Shown here piece after piece: positions 8,993 to 17,294 of a stretch of DNA of 41,074 nt. Position 1 is the first letter of the stretch, and the number at the start of each line of letters is the position of its first letter. The translations under genes and the position numbers were made by a program. This stretch comes from Candidatus Eiseniibacteriota bacterium (GTDB lineage Bacteria; Eisenbacteria; RBG-16-71-46; JAFGJU01): assembly GCA_020349905.1 (NCBI GenBank), contig CP070702.1:2297221-2338294 (forward strand), read 5' to 3'. The notes beneath the pieces were generated by a model that saw only the letters and a program-made list of their open reading frames with translations, did not search any database and was not told the DNA's origin.

Positions 8993-9014
8993 GGGGCCAT
9001 CGCCCCTTTGTGTG
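8993..9014 (+). terminator. intrinsic terminator after the ABC operon
   Basis: GGGGC-CATC-GCCCC hairpin followed by TTTGTGTG. It is embedded in a very GC-rich 290-nt spacer. Confidence 0.45.
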
Positions 9015-9164
9015 CCGCGTCCTGCGCCCGCCGCACGCCGGCGCCATCGCCCCGACCGCGCGGGTTCTGGCCGGTTCTGCGCCGCATGCCGCACCCGCCA
9101 CCGTGCCATCCGCCCACCGCGGGCCGCGCACCCCGTCCCGCCAGGCCGGCTCCCCTTTTCCAGA

Positions 9165-9191
9165 TTGCCGCAGGACGCCCCTTGTGATAAT
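9165..9191 (+). promoter_or_regulatory. candidate promoter for the flotillin gene: TTGCCG, 15 nt, TGTGATAAT (extended -10)
   Basis: Read directly. The extended -10 is strong. The spacer is short (15 nt). The RBS GAAGGGGGA lies before ATG 9250. Confidence 0.3.
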
Positions 9192-9249
9192 CTCTTTCCG
9201 TTTGCTTCACTATTAACAACAAGAATGATTCTAGAAGGGGGATCCCGAA

Positions 9250-10689
9250 ATGCTTATTCTCTGGATAATCGTTGGCGCTCTTGCAGTCGGTATTGTCCTT
9301 CTCTGGGCCCTGAACTACAGGAAAGTCGGCCCCAACGAAGCCCTCATCATCTCCGGCGGAGCAAGGCGTACGGTCGTGCAGCCCGACGGTACGAAGAGGA
9401 CCGTAGGCTACAGGGTACAGATCGGCGGGGGCACCTTCGTGATGCCCCTGGTCGAGAAAGCTCAGGTCTTGCCCCTGGACATCTTTTCTCTCTCGCTCAA
9501 GACGGAGGGAGTCCTCACCGCCCACGGCGTGGTGGTGACTGCAGAGGCGCAGGGCCAGGTCAGGGTCGCCGACGACGAGCACTCCACGCGGCTTGCCGCC
9601 CAGCAGTTCCTGGCGACCGGAGCAGAGGGGATAAAGTCGGTCGCGAAGGAGGTCCTGGAGGGGCACTTCAGAGCCATGCTGGGCACGATGTCTGTGGAGG
9701 AGACATACCAACAGAGAGAGCGCCTCGCGAGCGAGGTGAAACGCGCCGCGTCAGAGGATTTCGCCCGCATGGGTCTTGCGCTCCTCTCTTGTGCCCTGAA
9801 GGACATCACTGACAAGCAGGGTTACATAGAGGCGCTCGGCGCTCCAAAGATCGCACAGGTGAAGAGAGACGCTGCCGTCGCTCAGGCCGAAACCGAGAAA
9901 GACGCCGCCATCAAGTCGGCCGTGGCGAGGAAGGACGGTGACATCGCGAGGCTCGCGGCCGAAACGGAAGTGGCCCAGGCGTCCAGAGACTTCGAGGCGA
10001 GCCGCGCCGAATTCCAAGCCGCGGTAAACCAGAAGCGAGCGGCGGCCGACATAGCTTACGAGCTGGAGAGAATGAAGGTAACGCAGCAGCTTAGGAAGGA
10101 AGAGGCCGCTGTCAAGATGATAGAGAAGGAGAAGGCCATCGAGCTGGAAGCCAGGGAGATAGAGAGAAGAGAGAAGGAGCTCGAGGCGACGGTCAAGAAG
10201 CCCGCCGAAGCCATGGCGTTTCAGGCCAAGATAGAGGCTGAAGCCGAGGCCTACAGGAACGAGCTGGAGGCCAAGGGTAAGGCCGCCGGCACGAGGCTGC
10301 ACGGGGCCGCAGAGGCAGAGGCGCTGGCTGCAAGAGGAGAGGCAGAGGCCCGGGCCATGCTCAAGAAGGCGGAGTCCTGGTCAAGGTACAATCACGCCGC
10401 GGTCTACGAGACCATCATGCAGACCATGCCGGAGTTGGCGCGCGCGGTTTCGGAACCTCTGTCCAAGGTGGAGAAGATAGTCCTGGTCGGTGAGGGTGCC
10501 GGCGCCTCGAAGATAACCGGACAGGTCGCCAGCGTCGTGGCACAGCTCCCTGCAATCATCGAGTCTATTACAGGAACGGACATAAAGACGTTTCTGGAAG
10601 GCCTTCCTCGCTCCAAGGCGGGAGAGGTACGGGAGAAGGGGTCCCGGAAGACGCCGGAGAGCAGGGACAAGGAACCCCTCCTGGATTGA
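9250..10689 (+). CDS. flotillin-like SPFH/band-7 membrane scaffold protein
   Basis: N-terminal TM helix (LILWIIVGALAVGIVLLWAL). SPFH-type core. A long Ala/Glu-rich coiled coil with EA repeats (KIEAEAEAYRNELEAKGKAAG..AEAEALAARGEAEARA). 479 aa is typical of FloT/YuaG. No NfeD partner gene adjacent. Confidence 0.85.
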   Translation: MLILWIIVGALAVGIVLLWALNYRKVGPNEALIISGGARRTVVQPDGTKRTVGYRVQIGGGTFVMPLVEKAQVLPLDIFSLSLKTEGVLTAHGVVVTAEAQGQVRVADDEHSTRLAAQQFLATGAEGIKSVAKEVLEGHFRAMLGTMSVEETYQQRERLASEVKRAASEDFARMGLALLSCALKDITDKQGYIEALGAPKIAQVKRDAAVAQAETEKDAAIKSAVARKDGDIARLAAETEVAQASRDFEASRAEFQAAVNQKRAAADIAYELERMKVTQQLRKEEAAVKMIEKEKAIELEAREIERREKELEATVKKPAEAMAFQAKIEAEAEAYRNELEAKGKAAGTRLHGAAEAEALAARGEAEARAMLKKAESWSRYNHAAVYETIMQTMPELARAVSEPLSKVEKIVLVGEGAGASKITGQVASVVAQLPAIIESITGTDIKTFLEGLPRSKAGEVREKGSRKTPESRDKEPLLD

Positions 10690-10713
10690 GCGCGGACTGA
10701 ACGCGAGAAGTAA

Positions 10714-10745
10714 ACAAGCCTGCCGTGAGACTTACGTCAGCTCTC
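10714..10745 (+). terminator. hairpin after the flotillin gene (no U-tract)
   Basis: GCCTG..CTCTCAGGC inverted repeat at 10714-10745, directly after stop 10689. Lacks a T-run, so it may be Rho-dependent or only a structural element. Confidence 0.25.
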
Positions 10746-10748
10746 AGG

Positions 10749-10836
10749 CATACGCAGGCGTGGAACATACGTCCATCCTCTGATACGCGTGGACGCGGAG
10801 CATACGTTGATCCTCGAACATAAGTGAACGTGGAGC
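10749..10836 (+). promoter_or_regulatory. cluster of short direct repeats (CATACG x3 plus one GATACG variant; CGTGGA x3) immediately upstream of the aminotransferase-fusion gene
   Basis: CATACG at 10749, 10766 and 10801, plus the variant GATACG at 10782. CGTGGA at 10759, 10788 and 10829. Two imperfect ~36-bp units (10766-10800 and 10801-10838) share CATACGTnnATCCTC....CGTGGA. Candidate operator or activator-site array. Confidence 0.3.
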
Positions 10837-10847
10837 GCCCGTAGCAA

Positions 10848-13196
10848 ATGCTGTCCGAAAGAGTGAACCGCATAGGTCTCTCACCGACTCTCCGCATAAA
10901 TGCGACCGCAAAGGCGATGAGCGCCCAGGGAATAGACGTCATAGACCTGAGCGTCGGCGAGCCTGATTTCCCCTCGCCCATAAACGTCAAGGAAGCGGGC
11001 AAACGGGCCATAGAAGACGACTTCACGAAGTACACCCCCAACGACGGTATCCCCGAGCTCAAAAAGGCCATCATAGAGAAACTCAGGCTGGATAACTCTG
11101 TCCAGTACAGGCCCGAGGAGATACTCGTCTCGCCCGGCGCCAAGTGCAGCCTGTACCACGTCTCCGTGGCACTCTTCGACGAAGGAGAGGACATCATAAT
11201 CCCGGTTCCCTACTGGGTTTCCTATCCGGACCAGGTGAGATTGGCGAAGGCAAATCCCGTCTTCGTGCGCACGAGAGAGGAAAATGGGTTTCGGCTTACC
11301 GCCGAGGACCTGAGGTCGGCCCTCACGTTCAACACCAAGGCGCTGATACTCAACCATCCCTGCAATCCCACCGGTGCCACTTACAGCCGGGAAGATCTCG
11401 AGGAAATCGCGGACGTAGTGGTACGCGAAGGCATCATCGTGATAGCGGACGAGGTCTACGAGAAGCTGGTCTACGACGGGTTCAGGTTCGTGAGCATGGC
11501 CTCCCTGAACGAGAAGATAAAGAAGCAGTGCCTTCTCATAAACGGCGTCTCAAAGGCCTACTCGATGACCGGGTGGCGCATCGGCTACGCGGCGGGGCCT
11601 AAGGAGATAATCGCCGCGATGTCGAAGGTGCAAAGCCACAACACCTCCAACGCCACCTCGATATCGCAGGTGGCAAGCCTGGAGGCGTTGAGGGGTTCTC
11701 AACTGGAGATACCCAGAATGGTCTCAGAGTTTGCGCGCCGCAGGAACTACATGGTCCACAGATTGAGGGCCATTCCGGGCATCTCCTGTTTTGAACCCAA
11801 GGGCGCCTTCTACCTGTTCCCGAACGTTTCGTATTATTTCGACAGGCAATTCAGGGGTGCGCGGGTTCGCAATTCGTACGGGCTCTCCTACTACCTCCTC
11901 AAGGAGGCAAGGGTGGCAGTGGTTCCCGGTGAAGCCTTCGGAGCCGAGGGGTTCATCCGTCTCTCGTACGCCACATCGATGAAGAATCTCGAAGAAGCCG
12001 TGAAACGGATAATCAACGCGCTTTCGATGCTGGAGGCTCCCAGAAAGGCCAGGCCTCTCGCCCTCAACAACGTCGGTACCAAGGTGCGTAACTACGTGGA
12101 AACCGAAGTGGCCGGGGGGCTGGAGCTTAGAAACGCGCTTGTGGCCGAATCCGAGGCTCATCTCAAGTACCACCATTACTTCGAATGGAACGCCAGCATC
12201 TCGGGTGTCGTCATCCAGCTCAGAACCAACAGCCCCCACCTGTCAGACTTCTGGGCCGAGAACTGGTACCCGGCACAGCTGGAGGCCGACATCGAGCCGC
12301 ACGCCATAATATATGCCGTGAAGGACGTGACCGGCAGGGAGTCCAGGGCGTTTTACAACTCCGAGTCGCACACGGGATTCGTGTTCAACACGGCTTTTTA
12401 CGGTCAACTGAGGAGTCTGGCCATCGGCATGCTGGCCGACGTCTCCGAGAAGACCTCCGGTATCCACTCGGTGCACGCCGCGGCCCTGGATGTGGAAGGC
12501 TCGGGTATGCTTCTCATGGCCCCCCCACGAACGGGTAAGTTCACTCACGTGGCAGGCCTCATGAAGTCCGCTGGAGCGCGACTCGTGGCCACGGACTTCG
12601 TCTCTCTCAGATACCTGGACAAGGAGATCCTGGCTGACGCGCCGGAGAGGAAGTTCTACATCAGAACAGACACCGTGGAGGAGCTTCCCCAGCTGGCCGC
12701 ACTGTTCGACAAGAGCAAGCTGGAAAACGTGGTCACCAGGAGGGACGAGTGCAGCCACGAGTTCTGTCCAGACGTTGAGTCGTGTAAGATTGACAGGGGC
12801 GAGGGTTACTGCTACGCGGCCTCTCGCGATTCACGCGCAATGCTCGACCCGTACTGGATGGGGGGCACTTCGGCGCACGTGAAGAGAACTTCTGTGAAAT
12901 GCCTGGTCATTCTGTGCCGCGACTCCGTCTCGCCCGCGGCCAGGAGGCTGGAACCGGAAGAGGCCCTGAGGCGCCTCGAAGCCGCTGACTTTTCAGCCGG
13001 CACGGGGCCACTCAGGGCCAATCCTTTCCTTCATCCTCATCTTCTGATGAGAAGCAGCGACAGACTTCAGTTGCAGCGATTCTTCTTCAGCAGACTTCTT
13101 CAGACCGTCCCCTGCTTCGTCGTCAACACTGGAGCGGGTTCGGTCGAGAATGTCAGCGACAAGATTCAAGAGCTGCTTCACGAAACAGTTGTCTGA
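10848..13196 (+). CDS. fusion protein: class Ib aspartate aminotransferase (PLP) N-terminal domain + HPr-kinase/PEPCK-like P-loop C-terminal domain with a CX4CX5CX8C motif
   Basis: Residues 1-390 carry the AspAT hallmarks LSVGEPDFPSP, NHPCNPTGATYS and SKAYSMTGWRIGY (Schiff-base Lys). The domain ends like AspAT (GFIRLSYATSMKNLEEAVKRIINAL). Residues ~520-640 align with the HprK C-domain: IHSVHAAALDVEGSGMLLMAPPRTGKFTHVAGLMKSAGARLVATDFVSLRY against lHGVlvdvyGvGvLltGeSGiGKSEtaleLvkrGhrLVADDrVev. The Walker A is degenerate (APPRTGKFT). A Cys cluster ECSHEFCPDVESCKIDRGEGYC follows. One uninterrupted 782-codon frame. Confidence 0.8.
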   Translation: MLSERVNRIGLSPTLRINATAKAMSAQGIDVIDLSVGEPDFPSPINVKEAGKRAIEDDFTKYTPNDGIPELKKAIIEKLRLDNSVQYRPEEILVSPGAKCSLYHVSVALFDEGEDIIIPVPYWVSYPDQVRLAKANPVFVRTREENGFRLTAEDLRSALTFNTKALILNHPCNPTGATYSREDLEEIADVVVREGIIVIADEVYEKLVYDGFRFVSMASLNEKIKKQCLLINGVSKAYSMTGWRIGYAAGPKEIIAAMSKVQSHNTSNATSISQVASLEALRGSQLEIPRMVSEFARRRNYMVHRLRAIPGISCFEPKGAFYLFPNVSYYFDRQFRGARVRNSYGLSYYLLKEARVAVVPGEAFGAEGFIRLSYATSMKNLEEAVKRIINALSMLEAPRKARPLALNNVGTKVRNYVETEVAGGLELRNALVAESEAHLKYHHYFEWNASISGVVIQLRTNSPHLSDFWAENWYPAQLEADIEPHAIIYAVKDVTGRESRAFYNSESHTGFVFNTAFYGQLRSLAIGMLADVSEKTSGIHSVHAAALDVEGSGMLLMAPPRTGKFTHVAGLMKSAGARLVATDFVSLRYLDKEILADAPERKFYIRTDTVEELPQLAALFDKSKLENVVTRRDECSHEFCPDVESCKIDRGEGYCYAASRDSRAMLDPYWMGGTSAHVKRTSVKCLVILCRDSVSPAARRLEPEEALRRLEAADFSAGTGPLRANPFLHPHLLMRSSDRLQLQRFFFSRLLQTVPCFVVNTGAGSVENVSDKIQELLHETVV

Positions 13197-13258
13197 ACGG
13201 GCCTCTGCCCCTCATCGGAAGATGGTCTCCCTGCCGAAATCTTCTTGCACAGAGACAC

Positions 13259-13945
13259 TCAATGATGTTCGTGCATTCCCTTCTCGGCTTGCTCCTTCAC
13301 GGCGACGTACTTGCCGTCCATGACGTGACCGGTCATCTTCCCGCACTTCAGCATCTCGGAGCCGTAGTAGGGATTCCCGACTTTGTCTGTCTCCTGGAGC
13401 CAGCTGTCCTTCGCCATTGGGCAGTAGTAACTGTACGCGACCCTGTCGAATCCGTAGGTCTCCACGTACGCCAGGACGTGGCGTGAAATGGCTCTGAATC
13501 CTTCACGGGCGACCTTGAGTCTCTCTGCCTCGGCCTGGGACGCCTTCCCAACTTTCAGTGTGGACGCGGAGTTTTCGATCTCCTTCAGGGCTTTGAGCTG
13601 CTCCGAAGACGCCTTCTTCTCGGTCATGGCCTGGCGAAACTTCTTGGTGTCCTTCACGAGGTTCTTTGAAAGCTCGTCCAGACCCTCGACTTCGTCCCCG
13701 GCCAGGACGCTTCTCATCTCGAAATAGGACGTCAGGAAACCCCACGAGGCCTCTTCGTGAGAAGCCCCCTTGGCTTTCTCGCCTGAGCACTGGTGCGCTT
13801 TCTTGCCGCTGGTCTTGCTGGCGCCTGCCCCACAAGTAGAGCTACATGAGCCGCAAGAGGCGGTCGCCGCAAGCGGTCCGGCCAGGGTCAGTAGAACGGC
13901 CAGAACCGCTACGATTGCTGCTAGAGTTAGATTGGACTTACGCAT
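13259..13945 (-). CDS. DUF3347-like periplasmic Cys/His-rich protein, putative metal-binding
   Basis: Strong RBS AAGGAGGAAGAAG before the ATG. Signal peptide (LAAIVAVLAVLLTLAGPLAATA). N-terminal SCGSCSSTCGAG and HQCSGEKAKGASHEE stretch. The C-terminal YYCPMAKDSWLQETDKVGNPYYGSEMLKCG matches the CPM..W......NPYFG..ML.CG signature of DUF3347 proteins found next to Cu/Ag/Zn efflux genes. HEHH tail. Confidence 0.6.
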   Translation of the reverse strand: MRKSNLTLAAIVAVLAVLLTLAGPLAATASCGSCSSTCGAGASKTSGKKAHQCSGEKAKGASHEEASWGFLTSYFEMRSVLAGDEVEGLDELSKNLVKDTKKFRQAMTEKKASSEQLKALKEIENSASTLKVGKASQAEAERLKVAREGFRAISRHVLAYVETYGFDRVAYSYYCPMAKDSWLQETDKVGNPYYGSEMLKCGKMTGHVMDGKYVAVKEQAEKGMHEHH

Positions 13946-14335
13946 CTTCTTCCTCCTTAACGCTGTGGGCTTTCTTTCACGTGAACGTATACTTGGTCTT
14001 CCTTCACTCTGTTGGCCCTCCCGCCGCTGCCAATACGAGGCGGTCGGGAGCCCAGAACCCTAAGCCGGCGCCGGAGATGCTGCAGCGGGTTGCGTCTCCA
14101 ACACCTCCCCGGGCATGCTCCCCGCAATTCTCGATCCCCTTCTTCTCGAACCATGCCCGAGGTTCCGGCAGCCGGCTTTCTGTCGCGTCACCTACCCTGT
14201 TACACCACCTCCTCCGTCACCATAAATGCTCCAACTAATCTCCCAGAAGTCTGAGCCTGCTGAGCTTCGTCTCAAGAAGCCCTTGGCTTCGGACTCTGAA
14301 CACGTTCCTCCTGGCTCTTTTCAGCCGATACAGAA

Positions 14336-14351
14336 ATCAATTTTCGTGCCA
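14336..14351 (-). promoter_or_regulatory. candidate sigma-54 promoter (minus strand): TGGCACG-AAAA-TTGAT
   Basis: The forward sequence ATCAATTTTCGTGCCA reads on the minus strand as TGGCACGaaaaTTGAT. This is a perfect -24 element at canonical spacing, with a -12 of TTGa instead of TTGC. It points toward the DUF3347 gene, leaving a ~375-nt leader. It sits in the divergent region next to a sigma-54 activator gene. Confidence 0.3.
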
Positions 14352-14797
14352 CGACGCACGAGGACGTAACATGCTGTCAATAGCTAAATTACGAGGGCGG
14401 GGTGCGGCTGGAGACCGGGGCCGGCGAAAAACGCTAGATACTATTCTGCGGCGCTGCGCAATATTGTCCGATTTTGCGGCTCGGCAGCGACTTGCTGGTG
14501 TCCTAGCAGCAGGGAGTCGTCGCACACAGACGCGACTGTCGTCTTGGAAATGCGGGCAATAGTAAGTGGGCCAACTAGTTGGAGTGAATTGTCGCGCATC
14601 TGTCGTTTACGCGGCGCATGCGCTGTGCCCGCCGCGACGGGGCCGGCATCGGAATGGCGCGATTCTTCCATATCTTCTCCCTTGGCTCTCCTGTCTACCC
14701 CGGAGGGCTTGCATTTAGCTTGAGCAGCGACCAGTGGAAGTGTAGAATAATGTACAGCGAACTGAGTGTTTCACGCTATCCCACAGGTATAACCTCC

Positions 14798-15856
14798 ATG
14801 AAACCAAACTGGTTGTGGAAAGTGATAGTGCTGGCCGCCATCATCTCGGTGACGCTTGCGACTCACTACGGTTGGCTGGGACACAACATCTGGGGGCACA
14901 CGCCCCTCATGGAGGCCATCCACGCCCGGCTCTGCTACATACCTATCGTCATCGCCGCAGTCTGGTTCGGTCTTCGTGGCGGCCTTCTGGCCGCGCTGGC
15001 CATATCCCTGCTCTTGATTCCCTACGTGGCCTACCGGGCCATTCCCGCCGGCCGCCTGTCCGCGGAGATGACGGAACTGGTTTTCTACTTCGCCATCGGT
15101 TTTCTGGCCGGAGCCCTGGTTGAGCGAGAGAGGTCTCAGCGTGCAAAGATGGAGAAGGCAAACGCTAGGCTGGAGCAGGCCCACAGGCTCTCGATGATGG
15201 GCGAGATGGCCGCAGGCGTGGCGCACGAGATCAAGAACCCTATCGCGTCCATCAAGGGAGCCACGGAGATACTCGCGCAGGACCTGGAGCAGGGCTCGCC
15301 CAAGCGGGAGTTCGCGGACATAGTCCGCAAGGAAATCAGCAGGCTGGACGGTACTGTTCGCAGCTTCCTGGACTTCGCGCGGCCTCAGCCGTTCCGGTTC
15401 TCTCTGGAGGCCCCCGGAGAAATCCTCGAGTCCACGCTGAAACAGATGAGGCCCCAGATAGAACGGGCTTCTCTCAAGCTGGAAGCCACGATTCCCGAAT
15501 TCACGGAGCAAGTACGGACCGACCCCCAGAAGCTGCGTCAGGTCTTCATCAACCTGCTTCTGAACGCGGTCGCCGCCACTCCGCCGGGCGGCAAGATCTC
15601 GGTGGAGCTGGGTCAGCGTCGAACGAACCGGGGCAGACGCTGGACAATAGGTTTCTCGGACACGGGCAGCGGCATCGCGCCCGAGAACTTTCGGAGAGTC
15701 TTCGAGCCCTTTTTCACAGAGAAATCCAGCGGAAGCGGGCTGGGCCTTGCCATCGTTCGCTCGATAGTGGAAGAACACGGCGGACGGATGGAGGTGACGA
15801 GCGAGCCGGGGCAGGGCTCCGCGTTCACCGTAATGCTGCCCGTGGAGGAGAAGTAG
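14798..15856 (+). CDS. sensor histidine kinase (polytopic N-terminal membrane domain with His-rich segment, HisKA + HATPase_c)
   Basis: H-box GVAHEIKNPIASIKG. The N, G1 (DTGSGI) and G2 (GSGLGLAIV) boxes are present. The membrane domain has 4 His + 1 Cys in THYGWLGHNIWGHTPLMEAIHARLC. The track ORF opens at 14618, but the likely starts are ATG 14798 (MKPNWLW..) or 14750. Confidence 0.85.
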   Translation: MKPNWLWKVIVLAAIISVTLATHYGWLGHNIWGHTPLMEAIHARLCYIPIVIAAVWFGLRGGLLAALAISLLLIPYVAYRAIPAGRLSAEMTELVFYFAIGFLAGALVERERSQRAKMEKANARLEQAHRLSMMGEMAAGVAHEIKNPIASIKGATEILAQDLEQGSPKREFADIVRKEISRLDGTVRSFLDFARPQPFRFSLEAPGEILESTLKQMRPQIERASLKLEATIPEFTEQVRTDPQKLRQVFINLLLNAVAATPPGGKISVELGQRRTNRGRRWTIGFSDTGSGIAPENFRRVFEPFFTEKSSGSGLGLAIVRSIVEEHGGRMEVTSEPGQGSAFTVMLPVEEK

Positions 15857-17197
15857 GTGCCTTTCAAGATACTTCTTGCCGACGACGACGAGAGCCTGCG
15901 ACGCGTCATCGAATTCCGGTTGCGACAGGACGGATACGAGGTCCAGGCTGTTCCCGACGGCGCCCGGGCCTGGGAGATGCTGAGCCGGCGGCGTTACGAC
16001 TTGCTTCTTTCCGACATGAGGATGCCAGGGCTCGACGGCCTCGAACTCTTGACTCGCGCGCTGCAGCTCGACCCTGAGATCAAGGTGATTCTCATCACGG
16101 CCTACGCCACAGTGCAACAGGCGGTGGAAGCAGTCAAATCAGGGGCCTTCGACTACATCACGAAACCGTTCGAACAAGAGGAGCTGAGCGTAATAATTCA
16201 GAAGGCGCTGGCGTTCAAGCGGCTGGAGGCCGAAAACCAGGAGCTGAAGAGCCGCCTCGACGGAGTCGACTACTTCAGGAGCATCATAGGCACCTCTGCG
16301 GCGATCAAAGACGTCTTGAACCTCATCGACAAGGTGGCTCCCACCGACGCCACGGTTCTTCTCACAGGAGAATCCGGTACGGGGAAGGAACTCGTGGCAC
16401 GCGCCATCCACAAGAAGAGTCTCCGGAATGCCAGGGAGTTCGTGCCGGTCAACTGCGCCGCCGTTCCTAAGGAACTCGTGGAGTCGGAACTCTTCGGCCA
16501 CGTCAAGGGGGCTTTCACCGGGGCGGTCAGGGACAAGAAGGGGAAATTTCAGATTGCCGACGGCGGGACTCTGTTCCTGGACGAGATAAGTGAGCTGGGA
16601 CTGGAGCTCCAGGCCAAGATACTCCGGGCTTTGCAGGAGAGAGTCGTGGAGCCGGTCGGTTCCGAGAAGTCAGTTTCGGTGGACGTTCGGATAGTGGCGG
16701 CCACGAACAGCGACCTTCGCCAGAAAGTGAGCGGGGGCTCTTTCAGGGACGATCTCTTCTACCGTCTCAACGTCATACCGGTACTCATACCGCCATTGCG
16801 GGAACGCAAGGAAGACATACCGCTCTTTCTTAAGTTCTTTTCGGAGAAGTTCGCGCCGGGACAGAACATAGAGTTCTCGCAGGAGCTTCTTCAGAAGCTG
16901 ACCGCGCACGACTGGCCGGGCAATGTGCGGGAGCTCGAGAACCTGGTGGAGCGGATGGCCGTCTTGCGTCGCTCGTCCAAGTTGGGCGTCAGTGACCTGA
17001 GCCCGGATTTCGGTCGGATCAGGGGCGCAAGCCTTCCCGAAGAGGCACAGATGTCGCTCCGCCAGAGCGAGAAGGAGTTGATATTGAAAGCGCTCGAGAA
17101 GAGCCGGGGGAACAAGTCGAAAGCAGCAAGAATCCTGGGCGTACCAAGGCACGTGTTACTCTACAGGATGAAGACCCACAAGATACAAACCCGCTGA
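15857..17197 (+). CDS. sigma-54-dependent response regulator (NtrC/ZraR family: REC + AAA+ sigma-54 activator + Fis-type HTH)
   Basis: GTG start abuts the kinase stop. REC domain with LLSDMRMPGLDG. Walker A GESGTGKE. GAFTGA motif. C-terminal HTH ARILGVPRHVLLYRMKTH. Confidence 0.9.
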   Translation: MPFKILLADDDESLRRVIEFRLRQDGYEVQAVPDGARAWEMLSRRRYDLLLSDMRMPGLDGLELLTRALQLDPEIKVILITAYATVQQAVEAVKSGAFDYITKPFEQEELSVIIQKALAFKRLEAENQELKSRLDGVDYFRSIIGTSAAIKDVLNLIDKVAPTDATVLLTGESGTGKELVARAIHKKSLRNAREFVPVNCAAVPKELVESELFGHVKGAFTGAVRDKKGKFQIADGGTLFLDEISELGLELQAKILRALQERVVEPVGSEKSVSVDVRIVAATNSDLRQKVSGGSFRDDLFYRLNVIPVLIPPLRERKEDIPLFLKFFSEKFAPGQNIEFSQELLQKLTAHDWPGNVRELENLVERMAVLRRSSKLGVSDLSPDFGRIRGASLPEEAQMSLRQSEKELILKALEKSRGNKSKAARILGVPRHVLLYRMKTHKIQTR

Positions 17198-17242
17198 GGT
17201 AGGGGCTCGTTGAGGTAGGGGCCTGCTGAGATAGAGGCCGGC
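17195..17242. repeat. 3 x 16-bp tandem repeat (TGAGGTAGGGGCyyGy) in the convergent gap
   Basis: TGAGGTAGGGGCTCGT / TGAGGTAGGGGCCTGC / TGAGATAGAGGCCGGC. The first TGA is the regulator stop codon. The 16-bp period places TGA in all three frames. Confidence 0.5.
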
Positions 17243-17294
17243 CTAAGGGACAACACTGATCGGGGTACAGCTTGCCGAGCCGCGCCCGCCTGCG

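Noticed and set aside
8961-9249. GC-rich (~75-80%) spacer with Pro/Arg-rich ORFs (9012-9812 and others), a possible hidden gene
   Set aside because: The translations are low-complexity and have no start context. The flotillin gene has its own signals downstream. It is more likely a GC-rich noncoding spacer containing the ABC-operon terminator.
11361-11379. Sigma-54-like sequence TGGCACCGGTGGGATTGCA on the minus strand
   Set aside because: There are 8 nt between TGGCAC and TTGCA instead of 4-5. It lies inside the AspAT coding region, where it simply encodes the conserved NPCNPTGA motif.
10848-13196. Possibility that the 782-aa aminotransferase fusion is two genes joined by a sequencing frameshift
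   Set aside because: The frame is continuous with no stop, and the linker region (EAPRKARPLALNNVGTK) reads as plausible protein. No alternative-frame continuation of either half is visible. It is kept as a fusion but flagged for verification.
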